A stretch of DNA of 63,751 bases, filler included, from Octopus bimaculoides (GCF_001194135.2; 9 parts of 8 records of this genome joined end to end with filler, not necessarily neighbours in it), one strand, 5' to 3'. Shown: positions 12,244 through 28,788, numbered from the whole stretch's first letter. Notes: generated by a model not told the origin, from the sequence alone. A program made the numbers and translations.

Positions 12244-12629
12244 GGGTTGTTGGCACTCCGTCGCTTACGACGTCGAGGGTTCCAGTCGATCCGATCAACG
12301 GAACAGCCTGCTCGTGAAATTAACGTGCAAGTGGCTGAGCACTCCACAGACACGTGTACCCTTAACGTAGTTCTCGGGGATATTCAGCGTGACACAGTGT
12401 GACAAGGCTGACCCTTTGAATTACAGGCACAACAGAAACAGGAAGTAAGAGTGAGAGAAAGTTGTGGTGAAAGAGTACAGCAGGGTTCGCCCCGATCCCC
12501 TGCCGGAGCCTCATGGAGCTTTAGGTGTTTTCGCTCAATAAACACTCACAACGCCCGGTCTGGAAATCGAAACCACGATCCTATGACCGCGAGTTCACTG
12601 CCCTAACCACTGGGCCATTGCGCCTCCAC
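12244..12629 (-). mobile_element. tRNA(Arg)-like SINE family D, apparently full length (~385 bp)
   Basis: Pol III A/B boxes in head, CpG-rich body, ends GAGTGCCAACAAC. Confidence 0.85.
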
Positions 12630-13431
12630 TCTTTTAGGAAACATGTTTTAGAAATGACAATTTGTAGTCTTTTCAATTGCTTTGCACATTAATCACAGAT
12701 ATATGTTTTTGGTTTAATCAAAGAAGGAATAGCAAGAACAAGGAATATTTGGTTGGTAAGGGCCACTTTTGCTAGCGGTGTGAAAAGAGTAAGTCATTCT
12801 TAAAGTTGGGCCTTCGTTCAAAGTCACCAACGAGTTATATGGTGATGGTAAATCGGGCGACGGATTCAGTCTACAACCCAAGACCGGGAACATTCTTACG
12901 ACGTGTCTCCGTACAGTTTTTGATCACTTTAAATTAATTCGGAAGTTTTTTGGTCAACTCAAGAATATCAAAGAAGAAACAAAAAATGATTTAATATCGG
13001 GAAATCAAGAGTTTTGTTTTTAATAAAATAACAATGATAACTGTTTTTTTTTTTAAATTTTGTAGACCTGATGCTGATCTAGAGTAAAGAGGGCAAGTCA
13101 TTGATAAGATCCCGAATGTCAAGGAAAGGACTTTGATGAACATGACTGATTGATTAACTGGAACAGCTACAGAAATTCTAAATGTGTGTGTGTGTATTAT
13201 AAATGCTATCCGTATTGTTAATTTGATAACCAATGACTCAAAACACTTCAACGACAACTTACTGTCATCAAAATTTTGATCCCATAACCGAGAATTACAT
13301 TAGTTCTATATATGTAACAAGAATATGTAAATTAACTCTGTATTTATGATATTGAGTCCTTGGCACTTTGACATATGCAACTTCGCTGAACCCAGTGTTT
13401 ATATGTACGTGTGTACACATATATAGTCATA

Positions 13432-13640
13432 CGAGCTGGCAGAAACGTTAGCACGACGGGCGAAATGCTTAACGGTATTTCGTCTGCCGCTACGTTCTGA
13501 GTTCAAATCCCGCCGAGGTCGACTTTGCCTTTCATCCTTTCGGGGTCGATTAAATAAGTACCAGTTACGCACTGGGGTCGGTATTATCTGTCCTTGTTTG
13601 TCCCCTCTGTGTGTAGCCCCTTGTGGGTAGTAAAGAAATA
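13432..13640 (+). mobile_element. SINE family A copy (tail type 2)
   Basis: Family A head plus tail TGTCCTTGTTTGTCCCCTCT...TAAAGAAATA, shared with 30607. Confidence 0.85.
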
Positions 13641-14423
13641 ACACATACATAGTCATAAATACATATTTAAGACATGGTATCAATAACAGTCATTACGTAC
13701 TTTCTTTAATGTAGTAAATTTGGTTTCCGGTTGTTTCCATTTGTCATTATTGGTCCGTCATTGATAGGTTTATTCAATCGACCTATTGATCGGTTAAGAA
13801 AAATTGGATGACCTAGAAAATTAATGCTACTATCGTTAAAGTCATTTCCTTGTGTTGTATATATATGTATGTATACAGGGTTGTTGTTTTTTTTTCAGTT
13901 TTTCAGTTTGTAGCATATACAGAGAGTGTTTGTGTCAGATCTCTTTGTTGTGTGTGTTTCTTCTGTGTGTGTATGTATGTCCGGGCGTGTATGCCTCCGT
14001 GTGTGTTGTGTGTGGGTATGCCTCAGTGTGTGTGGGTGTGCGTGCATGCCTCAGTGTGTTTGTGTGTGTGTGTGTGTATGCCTTTGCGTGTTTNNNNNNN
14101 NNNTCGTCGTCGTCGTCGTCGTCGTATTTCAGATGGTTGTGATGGTGATACTGTTAACAACATCGATGATTCTGATTACATGTACGTATGTGTGTATGTT
14201 TGTGTCATTCGGGTGGCCATATTTTTTTTTTTCTTGTTTTGTAATGTTTTATTTTGTTTGTTTGTTTTCACTGTTTACTTATTATCTACTTTTGATATGC
14301 GGTTGGTTGGACTGAGATAGATTAAACAGAAAACAAACATTCAACTGTCTAAATTAAATTATATATTTAGTAATCATTACAAACATAAGACACATGCGTA
14401 CCTACTTACACCTCTCTACAGAT

Positions 14424-14474
<51 letters not shown>

Positions 14475-14519
14475 AGGAGAAAGAAACAAACAAACAGAAG
14501 GAGAAGGATATATGCACAC

Positions 14520-14604
14520 TTCTTTTATTCTTTTATTTGTTTCAGTCATTTGACTGCGGCCATGCTGAAGCACCGCCTTTAGTCGAGCAAATCGACCCCA
14601 GGAC
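14520..14604 (-). mobile_element. SINE family B/C tail fragment
   Basis: TTGTTTCAGTCATTTGACTGCGGCCATGCT...AGTCGAGCAAATCGACCCCAGG; also at 39445, 51070, 52225, 56915, 58228. Confidence 0.8.
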
Positions 14605-15309
14605 NNNNNNNNNNNNNNNNNNNNNNNNNNNNNNNNNNNNNNNNNNNNTTAATTAATTAANNNNNNNNNNNNNNNNNNNNNNNNNNNNNNNNNNNNNNNN
14701 NNNNAATACAACGAAAATAACCATGTTATGATTTGTCTTTAGAGTTATAGGAAGGACGTTTATTGTTATTTAAACGATTTCACTGGAAACACTGACTTTT
14801 ATATCGACAACAGGTAAGATACTATATACACATTTTAGCGAAATTTGGTCTCTCAATGTCCCATGCCTCAAAACAAAAGCAAAAACGGGAATTTTCTGTT
14901 ATTTAACAGACTTTATTATTTTGGTACCCTACGAAACGAAGATAGCCTTGTTATTTTGCATTTCATTTTTTTTACGTTACAGTTTTCCTCCCCAACTCTT
15001 TGACACCTTTTTTTCCCCTTTTCCCGTTAGCTATAGACTTGGAAGGGCAACTGTTCGAGAACAACATGCACACAGTAATCCCAGGAATGTCAGTTCGAGT
15101 CTTATAGTTGACCGCTGACAATTTTTTCTTCAATACATGGATATTCTATCCTATTCATATTTCGTATGTGTATTTCCTGTGCAAGATATGGATACGTGTG
15201 TTGAAAGAAATACAATTAAACCTTGGGAGATCCATTATGCCTGTAATAAACACACGCACTGGTTCAGTCCTTTATTAATTTATAAACAGTATTTAATTTT
15301 TAGATTTTA

Positions 15310-15641
<332 letters not shown>

Positions 15642-15758
15642 CTATCCTATTCATGCTATTCAGTATTATTCTGCGCTTGGGAATTAATCTTTTCCATATC
15701 TGTATACTTCAATGTATCTCAACGTTTCTAAAACAGTTAACTTTGTTTACATAGATCG

Positions 15759-15789
<31 letters not shown>

Positions 15790-16953
15790 NNNNNNNNNNN
15801 NNNNNNNNNNNNNNNNNNNNNNNNNNNNNNNNNNNNNNNNNNNNNNNNNNNNNNNNNNNNNNNNNNNNNNNNNNNNNNNNNNNNNNNNNNNNNNNNNNNN
15901 NNNNNNNNNNNNNNNNNNNNNNNNNNNNNNNNNNNNNNNNNNNNNNNNNNNNNNNNNNNNNNNNNNNNNNNNNNNNNNNNNNNNNNNNNNNNNNNNNNNN
16001 NNNNNNNNNNNNNNNNNNNNNNNNNNNNNNNNNNNNNNNNNNNNNNNNNNNNNNNNNNNNNNNNNNNNNNNNNNNNNNNNNNNNNNNNNNNNNNNNNNNN
16101 NNNNNNNNNNNNNNNNNNNNNNNNNNNNNNNNNNNNNNNNNNNNNNNNNNNNNNNNNNNNNNNNNNNNNNNNNNNNNNNNNNNNNNNNNNNNNNNNNNNN
16201 NNNNNNNNNNNNNNNNNNNNNNNNNNNNNNNNNNNGTGCGTCAAGCGCAGTTTGAACATTAGAATAGGTAAAATGATTCAGCCAGATAGTGTTCTGCTTT
16301 AAATGCCAAACAGTTAAATATCTCCTCTGTCTTACTCTGTTATTTCTTTCTTCTTTCAGAATAGCAAATGACATTGGCATCAAAGAATTGGTTGCATCGA
16401 GGTACATCATCTTTTAAAGACTAAAAGAAAATGTTCTTCATATAACGAATCTTTGGTGTCTTACAGTGAAATAGTTCTTTGGAGCCGAGACAATTTGTAA
16501 TAAGCAGCAGCAGGTCTCTTCTTCACTGACTTGAATGTTTATGAGAAGATTAATTAGTCATTCTAACAAAACTGGACAGACATATTCTGTGTGTGTCTGT
16601 CTGTCTGTGAAAGAGTTTGCAGCATCTTCAAACATTGGCAATGACCACAATTGATAAGAATCCTTCAGGCGCCCATACCAGATGATTCTTCTCTGCTATG
16701 TGTCTGATATATATTTTTGGTTTTATGCAGCAAACATCTATATGAGTGGATCTGTGAAGGCCAATATCGCAGTATTCAACATTCTAACAAGACAGCTACA
16801 TTAAGTTGGATGTAAAGATATCCTTTTTGTACTAAAACTGGCTGTGTTGCTAATAATTATCTTTTGAAAAGAAATATATTTATTAGGATCAATATATAAA
16901 AAGAACAGAAACAAGGAAAACACCTGTATATTGTAGAAAAGAGGAGGAAAACT

Positions 16954-19516
<2,563 letters not shown>

Positions 19517-19529
19517 CTAACATTATTGG

Positions 19530-19742
19530 TTGCAAATATTGCCACAAGGCCAGGAAGCTTGTGGGTGGGAGTTAAATCTATTACATCAACCCCAGTACTT
19601 GACTGATATTTATGCTATTGACCCCAAAAGGATGAAATATAAAGTCGACGTTGGTGAAATTTGAACTGAGAACGTAAAAATGAATGGAAACCCACTTAGC
19701 ATTTTGCCAAGTTTGCCCAACATTCTACCAGCTTCCTGCCTT
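19530..19742 (-). mobile_element. SINE family A copy in the putative 3' UTR
   Basis: Reverse complement of family A. Confidence 0.75.
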
Positions 19743-19798
19743 CTTAATCAGCACAAACTGATAGCCACTGGTCACTGCAGACCTAGTGCAGTATGTAA

Positions 19799-20092
19799 CC
19801 ATTCAGCATTTTGAATCAGCCATGTCCAGCCTAAATTTTGTACCTTGTTTGAAGTTTAAACCAGCCCCATCTGGCCCCTCACACCTACCTTTCAATATCA
19901 TTCTAAAAACAAACAATCACATCATTGAAATTTCAAAGCTACAACATAATGCATGATCAATCCCAAGCAACGTGAATAAGCATTACATTTGACAGAATAA
20001 CCCTAAATGCTAAATGATTAAACCAGCCAGATCCGGCCCAAATATATTATGCCTGTTTTATGTTCAAACTGGCCAGAGTTGGCTTTTCACAC
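19799..20092 (-). mobile_element. TTAA-flanked MITE (piggyBac-like) plus partial second copy
   Basis: Reverse complement of 36826-37044. Confidence 0.7.
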
Positions 20093-20528
20093 NNNNNNNN
20101 NNNNNNNNNNNNNNNNNNNNNNNNNNNNNNNNNNNNTTAATTAATTAANNNNNNNNNNNNNNNNNNNNNNNNNNNNNNNNNNNNNNNNNNNNCGTTTAAC
20201 TGTGAGGAAGGAAGACTAGGAAATTCTTTTTCGAACGAAACACTGAAAAATTCAGCGTTCGTTTGACGAAACTTTTCATGGCTAGAAGACGCCATCGTCA
20301 CAAAATAAAAATGGCGAGAAAGCCGAAATTGATTTTTAAAACCTGGAAATGTCCCACACAGGGCAGATTTCCGTTGCAAAAAACTTGCACCAGAGAGTCT
20401 ATAAGTTGTTATACAACTTTCTATATAAAAATAAACCTTACAAACAAACTTTTTAAAACATAAAAAGGCAAAACTTACGGAGCCGACACGTCTACCGTCC
20501 GTCCATAGAGATAGATAGATAGATAGAT

Positions 20529-20570
<42 letters not shown>

Positions 20571-21387
20571 TGATAGATAGATTGATAGTTAGGTAGATAG
20601 TTTGAGAGAGAGAGAAAGACAGACAGACTGACACGCAGATAGACAGACAGAACGCATACATAGACAAATATATGATACTGGACAGATATATATAAGACAC
20701 ATAGACGGTTCACACACACGCGCGCACATACACACACACTCACACACGCACATTCATGCACATGCACGTATATATACTCTATGTTTCACTTTTTCATACA
20801 AAGCCCCTGTATATAATTAAATTACAGTGACATACAGATTGTAAATGGCATGCAAATCTGAAAGCATCCTTAATTTCATATCTTATGATAAGAGAGAATA
20901 TAATAACGAGAAGATTTTTTAGGTACAACATTAATATAAGATGGTTTCTCTATAATTTCCCCACATACACGCAACGTATCCAAGTTCTAGTGTTCAACAT
21001 AACACATCCGTAATATATATTTCACCTGCAAGCACAAAGCTATGTATTAATACGTCTCCGGTCGCGGTCATTCTGTCATTACCATAATATAATCTACGTG
21101 TACTGAATACGTAGATATATCAATATTGATAAGTCTACGTATTCGGTACTCGTAGATTTACAGCTAATTCTTTCATTGCAAGCGTCTGTAGAATAACTAA
21201 TGTAGATTTTGACGTAAGTAGAATTAGTCTCGAGGCTTTAACCTGATATACATACTACGTATATTGTTGCTGAAATATACGCATACATACACAAATGAAT
21301 ACATACAGAAACATACGTACATTCATACTTAGATACATACACAAATGCACACACAAGATAATATATTAATCATGAAACATTGTTTGG

Positions 21388-21852
21388 TATCAAAAGTTCC
21401 CGAGGTGGTACACTTGTCTATCGTATGGGTCCGGGGAGGACCCATACGATAGACCGAATCGAACTTACGGCGTGTCTCTGCCAAGTTTGTCCCACAACTG
21501 CTGATCACTGAACAGAAAGAATGCCGCGTCGAAATTTGTTAAGATCTGTGGCAGCGTGCCGCAGATGACCCATCCTTAATGTCAATGACTTTCACCGATG
21601 ATAAGAGTATGGGTACAAACCTGAGACGAAGTAGCAGTCATCATAATGGAAATGCTTTCATCCCTACGACGGAAAAAGACATGACCGTACCTTAGCACAA
21701 TCAGGTGCATGCTCATCCTTAATTCTTTTCGATATCAGTGGTATTGGGTATTGAGAATCTGCCCCCCCAGGGTCACACCGTCAATCGAAAGATCTACTGC
21801 GACCATTTGAATCGTCTGAAGGAAGACATTCGGTGAAAGCGACCAGAACTAT
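21388..21852 (+). mobile_element. Mariner transposase remnant, internally deleted, runs into gap
   Basis: LRRVSAKFVPQLLITEQK, YKPETK, FDISGIGY, QGHTVNRKIYCDHLNRLKEDIR.KRPEL match mariner motifs. Confidence 0.85.
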
Positions 21853-22254
21853 NNNNNNNNNNNNNNNNNNNNNNNNNNNNNNNNNNNNNNNNNNNNNNNN
21901 NNNNNNNNNNNNNNNNNNNNNNNNNNNNNNNNNNNNNNNNNNNNNNNNNNNNNNNNNNNNNNNNNNNNNNNNNNNNNNNNNNNNNNNNNNNNNNNNNNNN
22001 NNNNNNNNNNNNNNNNNNNNNNNNNNNNNNNNNNNNNNNNNNNNNNNNNNNNNNNNNNNNNNNNNNNNNGAAAGAATTAGTTTATTCATGTGCATAGACC
22101 GAGAATACGGGTAACGGAAGATGGATATTTATCTCTTCTTTTTAGAAACAAAATATAAGTATTTGACCACAACGACATCTGAAACTTCCATACGCAGAAC
22201 ATTTATAGTTCGACCGATAATGAGCAGAATTATTTCATTATTTTAATAGGCATT

Positions 22255-22470
22255 AGGTGGCGAGCTGGCAGAAACGTTAGCACGCCGGGTGAAAGGCTTC
22301 AGTGTAAACCGTCTGTCTTTATGTTCTGAGTTCAAATTCCGCTGAGGTCGACTTTGCGTTTCATCCTCGGAGTCGATAAATTAAGTACCAGTTGCGTACT
22401 GAGGTCGATCTAATCGACTGGTCCCCTCCCTAAAAATTTCGAGCCTTGTGCCTATAGTAGAAAAGATTAT
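22255..22470 (+). mobile_element. SINE family A copy (well preserved)
   Basis: Colinear with the other copies. Confidence 0.9.
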
Positions 22471-23365
22471 TTTCATAGGCATTTTCAATAAGTGGCGCTA
22501 AGAGACATTTTGTAAAGAAGACGAGAGACTGACAAGTTCAATTGCAATGAAATTAGCACAAGCCACTCAACAAAGGACATGCACTCATACATATATGCTG
22601 TGTTATCATGCGATAGACAACGTAAGAAAAATAATGTGTCCCAAACAACACTCCACAAACATATCGATACATTCACATCAGAACATCACAATGCTTAGAC
22701 AATGAAAGAAAAACAACGTCCTCCATGTAAAATTCAAAATACATGGGAAAAAATCCATCTGAATATCAAATGCTACTTACTTTAATTGGAATCACTTCGA
22801 AACAAACGCTTTATTAAAATCCGTAACATGATCTAGGTAAATTGCACAGCTACAAATGCCTTCCCTCTATATCATAAACGCATATCCAAACAAACAGACC
22901 GAAATAACATACAAAATCAATTATGACGAAAAGAGCATACCAATAGCTTTACTTTGATTTGCACGAAATGTGTGCTGATATAGGAGTACGTAATTGTTTG
23001 AATTTTTTCCTCGTGGCCGGCAATTACATCGACCCCTGCTTTTAAATAGTATTTATTTTATCGACTCTGTAAGGATGAAAATCAAATTCGACCTCGTTAG
23101 AATTCGAATTCAAAACGTACTGACGAACGAAATAATATTAAGCATTTCGCCCAGCGTGCTGGTAATTATGATGGCTCGCTGACTTTATAACATTACATAT
23201 TAACAGAACAAAGTAAAGAAGATGACCACGCTGTCGGTAATTACAGAATCAATTCCATTCCATGAAAATATAACATAACTTATTACGAAGGAGGACAGTA
23301 ATCGGATCAACACACGCGCACGCGCACGCATACACATACACACACACACACACATATATACACAC

Positions 23366-23418
<53 letters not shown>

Positions 23419-25854
23419 CAGCATTTGAAGCATTCAGCTTTATGATGGTAATATTCAAAGAATACTGGCTAAACTCAACATGATTGAAAACACGTACGTA
23501 CAGAGAGATGCCTACATAAGTGTCCTTACCAAGTAAGAGAAATGTATAAGAACTTAAAATAGAGCCTAGGTGAGAATACTTGGGCGTTTATACTTCGTTT
23601 CAGGTCAAATGAATTCTTTGTGAACAGACTGAACACTTACAAAGTGTGTGTGTCTGAATTTTAAACGATAGTAACTGCTTTATATATTTATTTTTACGGT
23701 GTTTGTTAATGTATTATACATAATCATTTCTTTCCTATATTTAGACACTTCAGGGACCGAATTTAAAGTAATTTTACACATTCTATGTTATTACTGCGAC
23801 TGTGTTGCGTAATTTCATTTATACTTTAATTCGAGATGAACCACTGAGAATAGTTCATCATTTCTGCTTCCCATACGATTCAACGAAATGCCCCTTCTTT
23901 CGGGAAGTAAATGCGAACATCAAATTCTTTGTTTTCACAATGCTGGAATTGTCTACAAACAAATTTTGCAATGGTACATGTTTCTAGTGTATAACAAACT
24001 TAAACCATCGGAAGGGTTAGAAACGATTGATATCTGTACATAAATATCCGTTGATATATATGTTTTCATACTCAAAACCTTTACATGAGTAAGTAGCATT
24101 ACAAATGTAATGCTACCTACTATTGTAAAATGTATTGTTCATATTTCACTCACGTCTTACCTTCTTGAGAATAAGGAATTTAATTAAGAACTCAGTGTAT
24201 CGAATTGATAATATATATAGTTGATACAGTATATTTATATATCCATCTATCCATTACACTTAATGTATCTACAGAATTGACAGACATAATGCTCTGACCT
24301 TTGTCTGAGAGAAAGTCTCTTTATAGGCCTGTTGCATAGACCAAATCCACTTGCAACGGTATATAGGAAACTTAATAATTCATTCACCGATATTGTCGAA
24401 AGCCGCCGGGCAGAATAAAATCTAGATGTATGCAACTGAAATAATATTAATATGAAATAGTTATTCATTGCACATGTTTATGAAAATATTTTCTCTAAGA
24501 CAAATATCACATCACTATACCTCTCAGCGGTGTATATATCCTACGTATAATCATAACTCTTTATAATTGCTATTTAAAATGTTTTTCAATGAAATCATTG
24601 CTTAGTATTCGGTGCCGTAAGACATTAAATGTGGGCATGCGCAAAAGTACAGGCAGAAACTACATGCTTAATTTATAAACGTCAATTTAATATTTTTACT
24701 TTGCAATAAATAAATCGGACTGCTGTTTTGTGTTATAACATCAAAATCTCTCTAACTGAAAAAATCTCAAAGTATATCACATTTATCCATAACTTTGGCA
24801 TATCTACCGAATTTACTACTCTACGATCTTGAAAAGAAATTAAATAATAATATTCTAAAACAAACAAAAAAATACTAATCTATTTCCGTTTAAAATATAA
24901 TAATGTTTATCACCAAGACAATGATTTGTGTTTTCTTCTTTCTCCATTTATAGGTATTTTACCTCAGAATCTTTAACAGGAATTGAGAAATTACTTCTCC
25001 ATTGACGAGTAAAATATGTTACAAGCTTTATTGTAAGAAACAGTACCAATTTATCTAACCGTCACCTTAAATGTGAGTGCTTTTTTAAAGAAGTAAACAA
25101 ATTTAGATTTCTGTTCTTATTTTTTTAATTTTTTTGACAGTTTAACAACGAAAAGCAACGATGGTTTATTTACTCTATAATTGACAGCTTTATGTAAGAA
25201 CTTTAAAAAAAATGCTGACTTTCACTCCTCATACAATATTAAATTCTCTCCAGTGGGAATGACGTCAGAATAAACATAAAAAAAACGACCCAGCAATCCA
25301 TCATATCTAAAGTATCATCTAACACTTGACAAAAATCTGTTAGGTTCGGAGAGAAAAAAACATTCTAATATTCTAAGAACTTTTGATTTATTCTATTTAC
25401 TGATATAATAAATTTCAATTCCATTACCAGCATAATGATCGCTTTTAATATTTTTCTTCTGTTTTATTATTTTATTTGGCTTCAAATATTATATTATGAA
25501 CTTAAACTTTTTCTCTTAAAGACAAAAATACAATAAAAATGTCATTGTGAAAAACGACACCATTTACATAAAGGCATCCATGCTTATGTACTTGTGTTCC
25601 AGGTCAGAAGCAGACGATATTCTTTAACAATCTCTTTGAAAGTGTTATAATAAAAGATAACAATCAGACAGAAACTTTATAAACAAACTGACGACGATAA
25701 ACTTCTGAAGAAAAGCATATGAATTCAGAGAGAGAAGATAAAAATCTTGGTAAATGCGCTCTTATTTCATCGATTAGTTTAACTCACTGAAAAATATGTT
25801 TATAAAGCGAATATTATGGTTAGTTTCAACATGGACTGAAAGGACAAATTTCTG

Positions 25855-25965
25855 AAAATTTTAAATATTGTGTTTTTAAATAAAATTTTAAATATTGTGT
25901 TTTTAAATATAATTTTAAATATTGTGTTTTTAAATAAAATTTCAAATATTGTTTTTAAATAAAAT
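25855..25965. repeat. 27-bp AT-rich minisatellite, ~4 copies
   Basis: Unit TTAAATATTGTGTTTTTAAATAAAATT. Confidence 0.9.
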
Positions 25966-26534
25966 GTCTTATCTTATTGGGTACGATTTAGAGCAGGTTA
26001 CAAGTATGATTGATAAAATAAACTTTTCATGGAAGTATAAGGAAAATATCAGATGGCTACTGCAATGCGTCGATATGATAGCGGAATTGGGCGATTCATC
26101 GCCACTGCAAAAAGAAGAAAGATTTGCTGAAGTAAACGGGTGAACGAGAGGCTGAAGTAATTCGAATTCTACTATCTGTAGGGAAGGCGTGAAATATATG
26201 CGAAAGCCTTAAGTGGATGCAAAGTTGAGAGCTAGAACATGCGATGTGGGTGAACTTGCTGTGTCAGATAAAAATCATTTTGAATATATGCCCATCCACT
26301 TCCCAGAAATCTCTGAGATTTGGTAAAATGTGTAGATTCTTGAACCCAAGCTTTTACAGTCCTAGATCCTTAATCGAGATGAACAAGACAGGATATTTGG
26401 GTACTATTGTGTGCTGTTCGTTTCGGTGTTGAGAACTAGATAGGTAGTAGCAGGTCTGAAGGAGTATTTAATATGAGGGATGTGGGTTCTTGGATATGAA
26501 TGCTTAAGCAGCACTAACCGAGGAAGGAGTCAGT

Positions 26535-26607
26535 GAAGAAGAAGAAGAAGAAGAAGAAGAAGAAGAAGAAGAAGAAGAAGAAGAAGAAGAAGAAGAAGAA
26601 GAAGAAG

Positions 26608-26636
<29 letters not shown>
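26535..26636. repeat. (GAA)~33 microsatellite
   Basis: Direct. Confidence 0.97.
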
Positions 26637-26638
<2 letters not shown>

Positions 26639-26799
26639 GGGAGTAGGAAACGAGGAGAAAAAATAAGAAATATAAAGGGTGGTTTGACAGGAGGAGATTG
26701 TTGGTGAAGTGCTCTTAAATGGTCGGGTGAACTATAAGTAACCTGCTGTGGTTATAGTAGTAGTGATTGGAATCGCTTTGTTCTGAAATATGTCTTTTT

Positions 26800-27400
26800 T
26801 AATATTTTCGTGGGTATTATTCTAAGGTCCTTGTTGTAGCGTCATTTGTAGTGGAGGCATTCAAAAGCGGTTTATATTTAGCGATAATATGACGCTTTCC
26901 TAATGCGCTGATTATTGGTTGCATCGTCCCGGAATGTCGGCGCGAATGTCGATGTGTTCGCTGAGTGCTTTTTTCTGTATTCACGAATTCTGATCTGAGA
27001 TCTATGTAGTGTCATCTTTTGGCGTGGACTGTTTGCCCTATGTATTACTCTCGACGACATCCTGAACAAGTTAATACATATATTAGCTTTTTCGAAGCAC
27101 ATGTGAAGTTGTTTTTCACTATGAATGTTGACCCTGCTTGAAAGAGAACTCCGATCCATAAATTAGCTTCACGCATATAACGCAAATAGGTGTTCCGCAT
27201 TCTTTTTATACTGACGGCTTCAGCGTTGTTGTCGAGTGTACTTGGGATTGTGTTAGGAGACTTTGTCCAGAGCAATTACAGAAAGGACGTAAATGTTATT
27301 CTTCAGGTGGGTCAATTATGGAAAGGCATATTTTGTATTTCTACGCACAAAAATGAATCATTTGTTTCGTACAATTGTTTCAGTCGTTAGTTAGCGACCA
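26800..27400 (-). mobile_element. Penelope-like element GIY-YIG endonuclease remnant
   Basis: CGTPICVIC, FTCASKKLIYVLTCSGCRRE*YIGQT, RQKMTLHRSQIR, IIAKYKPLLN. Confidence 0.85.
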
Positions 27401-27559
27401 TGCTGAAGCGTCCCATTCAGGATAACATGGACTTGTGGTGGTTTGTAAAAGTAATCCAAAATTTCATATATATATACATAAGGATAGGCATATTAAGAAG
27501 GATCCGTAAGTAAACTCATTTAATGAAAAGGTTTGGGTATCACAGTTGGAAACTACTGT

Positions 27560-27902
27560 AAAAAGGTTGGGCTCCACTCTTCTAGTCGAATAGATTATAT
27601 TTTCAAACTTGTTACTTATTATTCAGGTCCTTTTACTAAACTGCCGTCACATGGAGTCGGAAACACACCAAAACCGGTGTCAACGGGGTGGATGTTGAGA
27701 AACTCAAACCCAACAGCAAACACGTGCACACACCCATATGCATGTGGCTGTCTTTTTTCAGTTCCCGTCTACCATGTCAACTCGCAAGCATTAGCTCATC
27801 CCGCAGCTATAGTAAAGACACTTGTACAAGCCTCCACGCATTGGCACGGAACGCGGAACCATGTGTTCGGAAAGCAAATTCATATAACACAGCTACGCAT
27901 GC
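27560..27902 (-). mobile_element. Decayed composite SINE B/C copy
   Basis: Reverse-complement matches to both head and tail modules. Confidence 0.6.
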
Positions 27903-28720
27903 GCGTATGCAGCCACAGATGAATTTCGTAAAAGCCTATATGCCACATAGAACATGTAAACTGGAGTTTACATCTGGAAGAATAAGATCAGAAAGTTTAC
28001 ATATGAAAAGTGCGTTCAAAGACGCGTCTCCTCCTTCATTTGCTTCCAACAGCACTGATCATCGCGGTGATTAAGCTAAATCCGGCTAATAAAAGGATAT
28101 TCCTCGAGAGAAAAAATACCTGGAGTGAATGATTTAAGCTTAAAACCCAGACCAATGTGTGCCTTGTAGTCTTGTAGATTTTCTTTGAAATTACGTTACC
28201 TTGAAGCGATGCTGTGTCTTCGGCCTCGTATTAGACGGAGTTTATCATACGTAACAAGCAGCAACGCCACAGTCATAGTTATAGCTGAGGGTGGTATATT
28301 ACCGATGCTTTAGAGTCATAATACTCTCCATATTGCTGCAGCAACTGTTGCAAATCTTCCTATATTTATGTTTCACTGGGAAATGCTTATCTAAAAGAGG
28401 AAGGCGTTCTTAGTTTTAACATTCTGTAATAATCCTACTTGTAAACTTTTGAATCCAGCGGGGACTGCAATCGATTTAGTAGTCAAAAAAGTATCAAGGA
28501 ATGTTGGTATCAGAACTTCAGAGATTACTAAGCTACATCAATGAGTTAATAGCGTCAACGTAATAGATAGGTTCAAGAACGTAAACTATATATAAGCAAA
28601 GGGATAGATTCACAGTTTGATATTGCTGATCATCATTACCTTAATGTCGAGATCGCTGGTGGATAAGGAGATTGAGTTCGCTAAATAACATGGCAATATA
28701 TAATATTGCATGTGCGTCTG

Positions 28721-28788
<68 letters not shown>

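Noticed and set aside
13085-13180. CR1-like RT traces (INDLP) here and at ~60480-60860
   Set aside because: Two related segments, but too decayed to assign with confidence
28100-28660. Non-repetitive stretch suspected to be a transposase or exon
   Set aside because: No convincing motif in any frame
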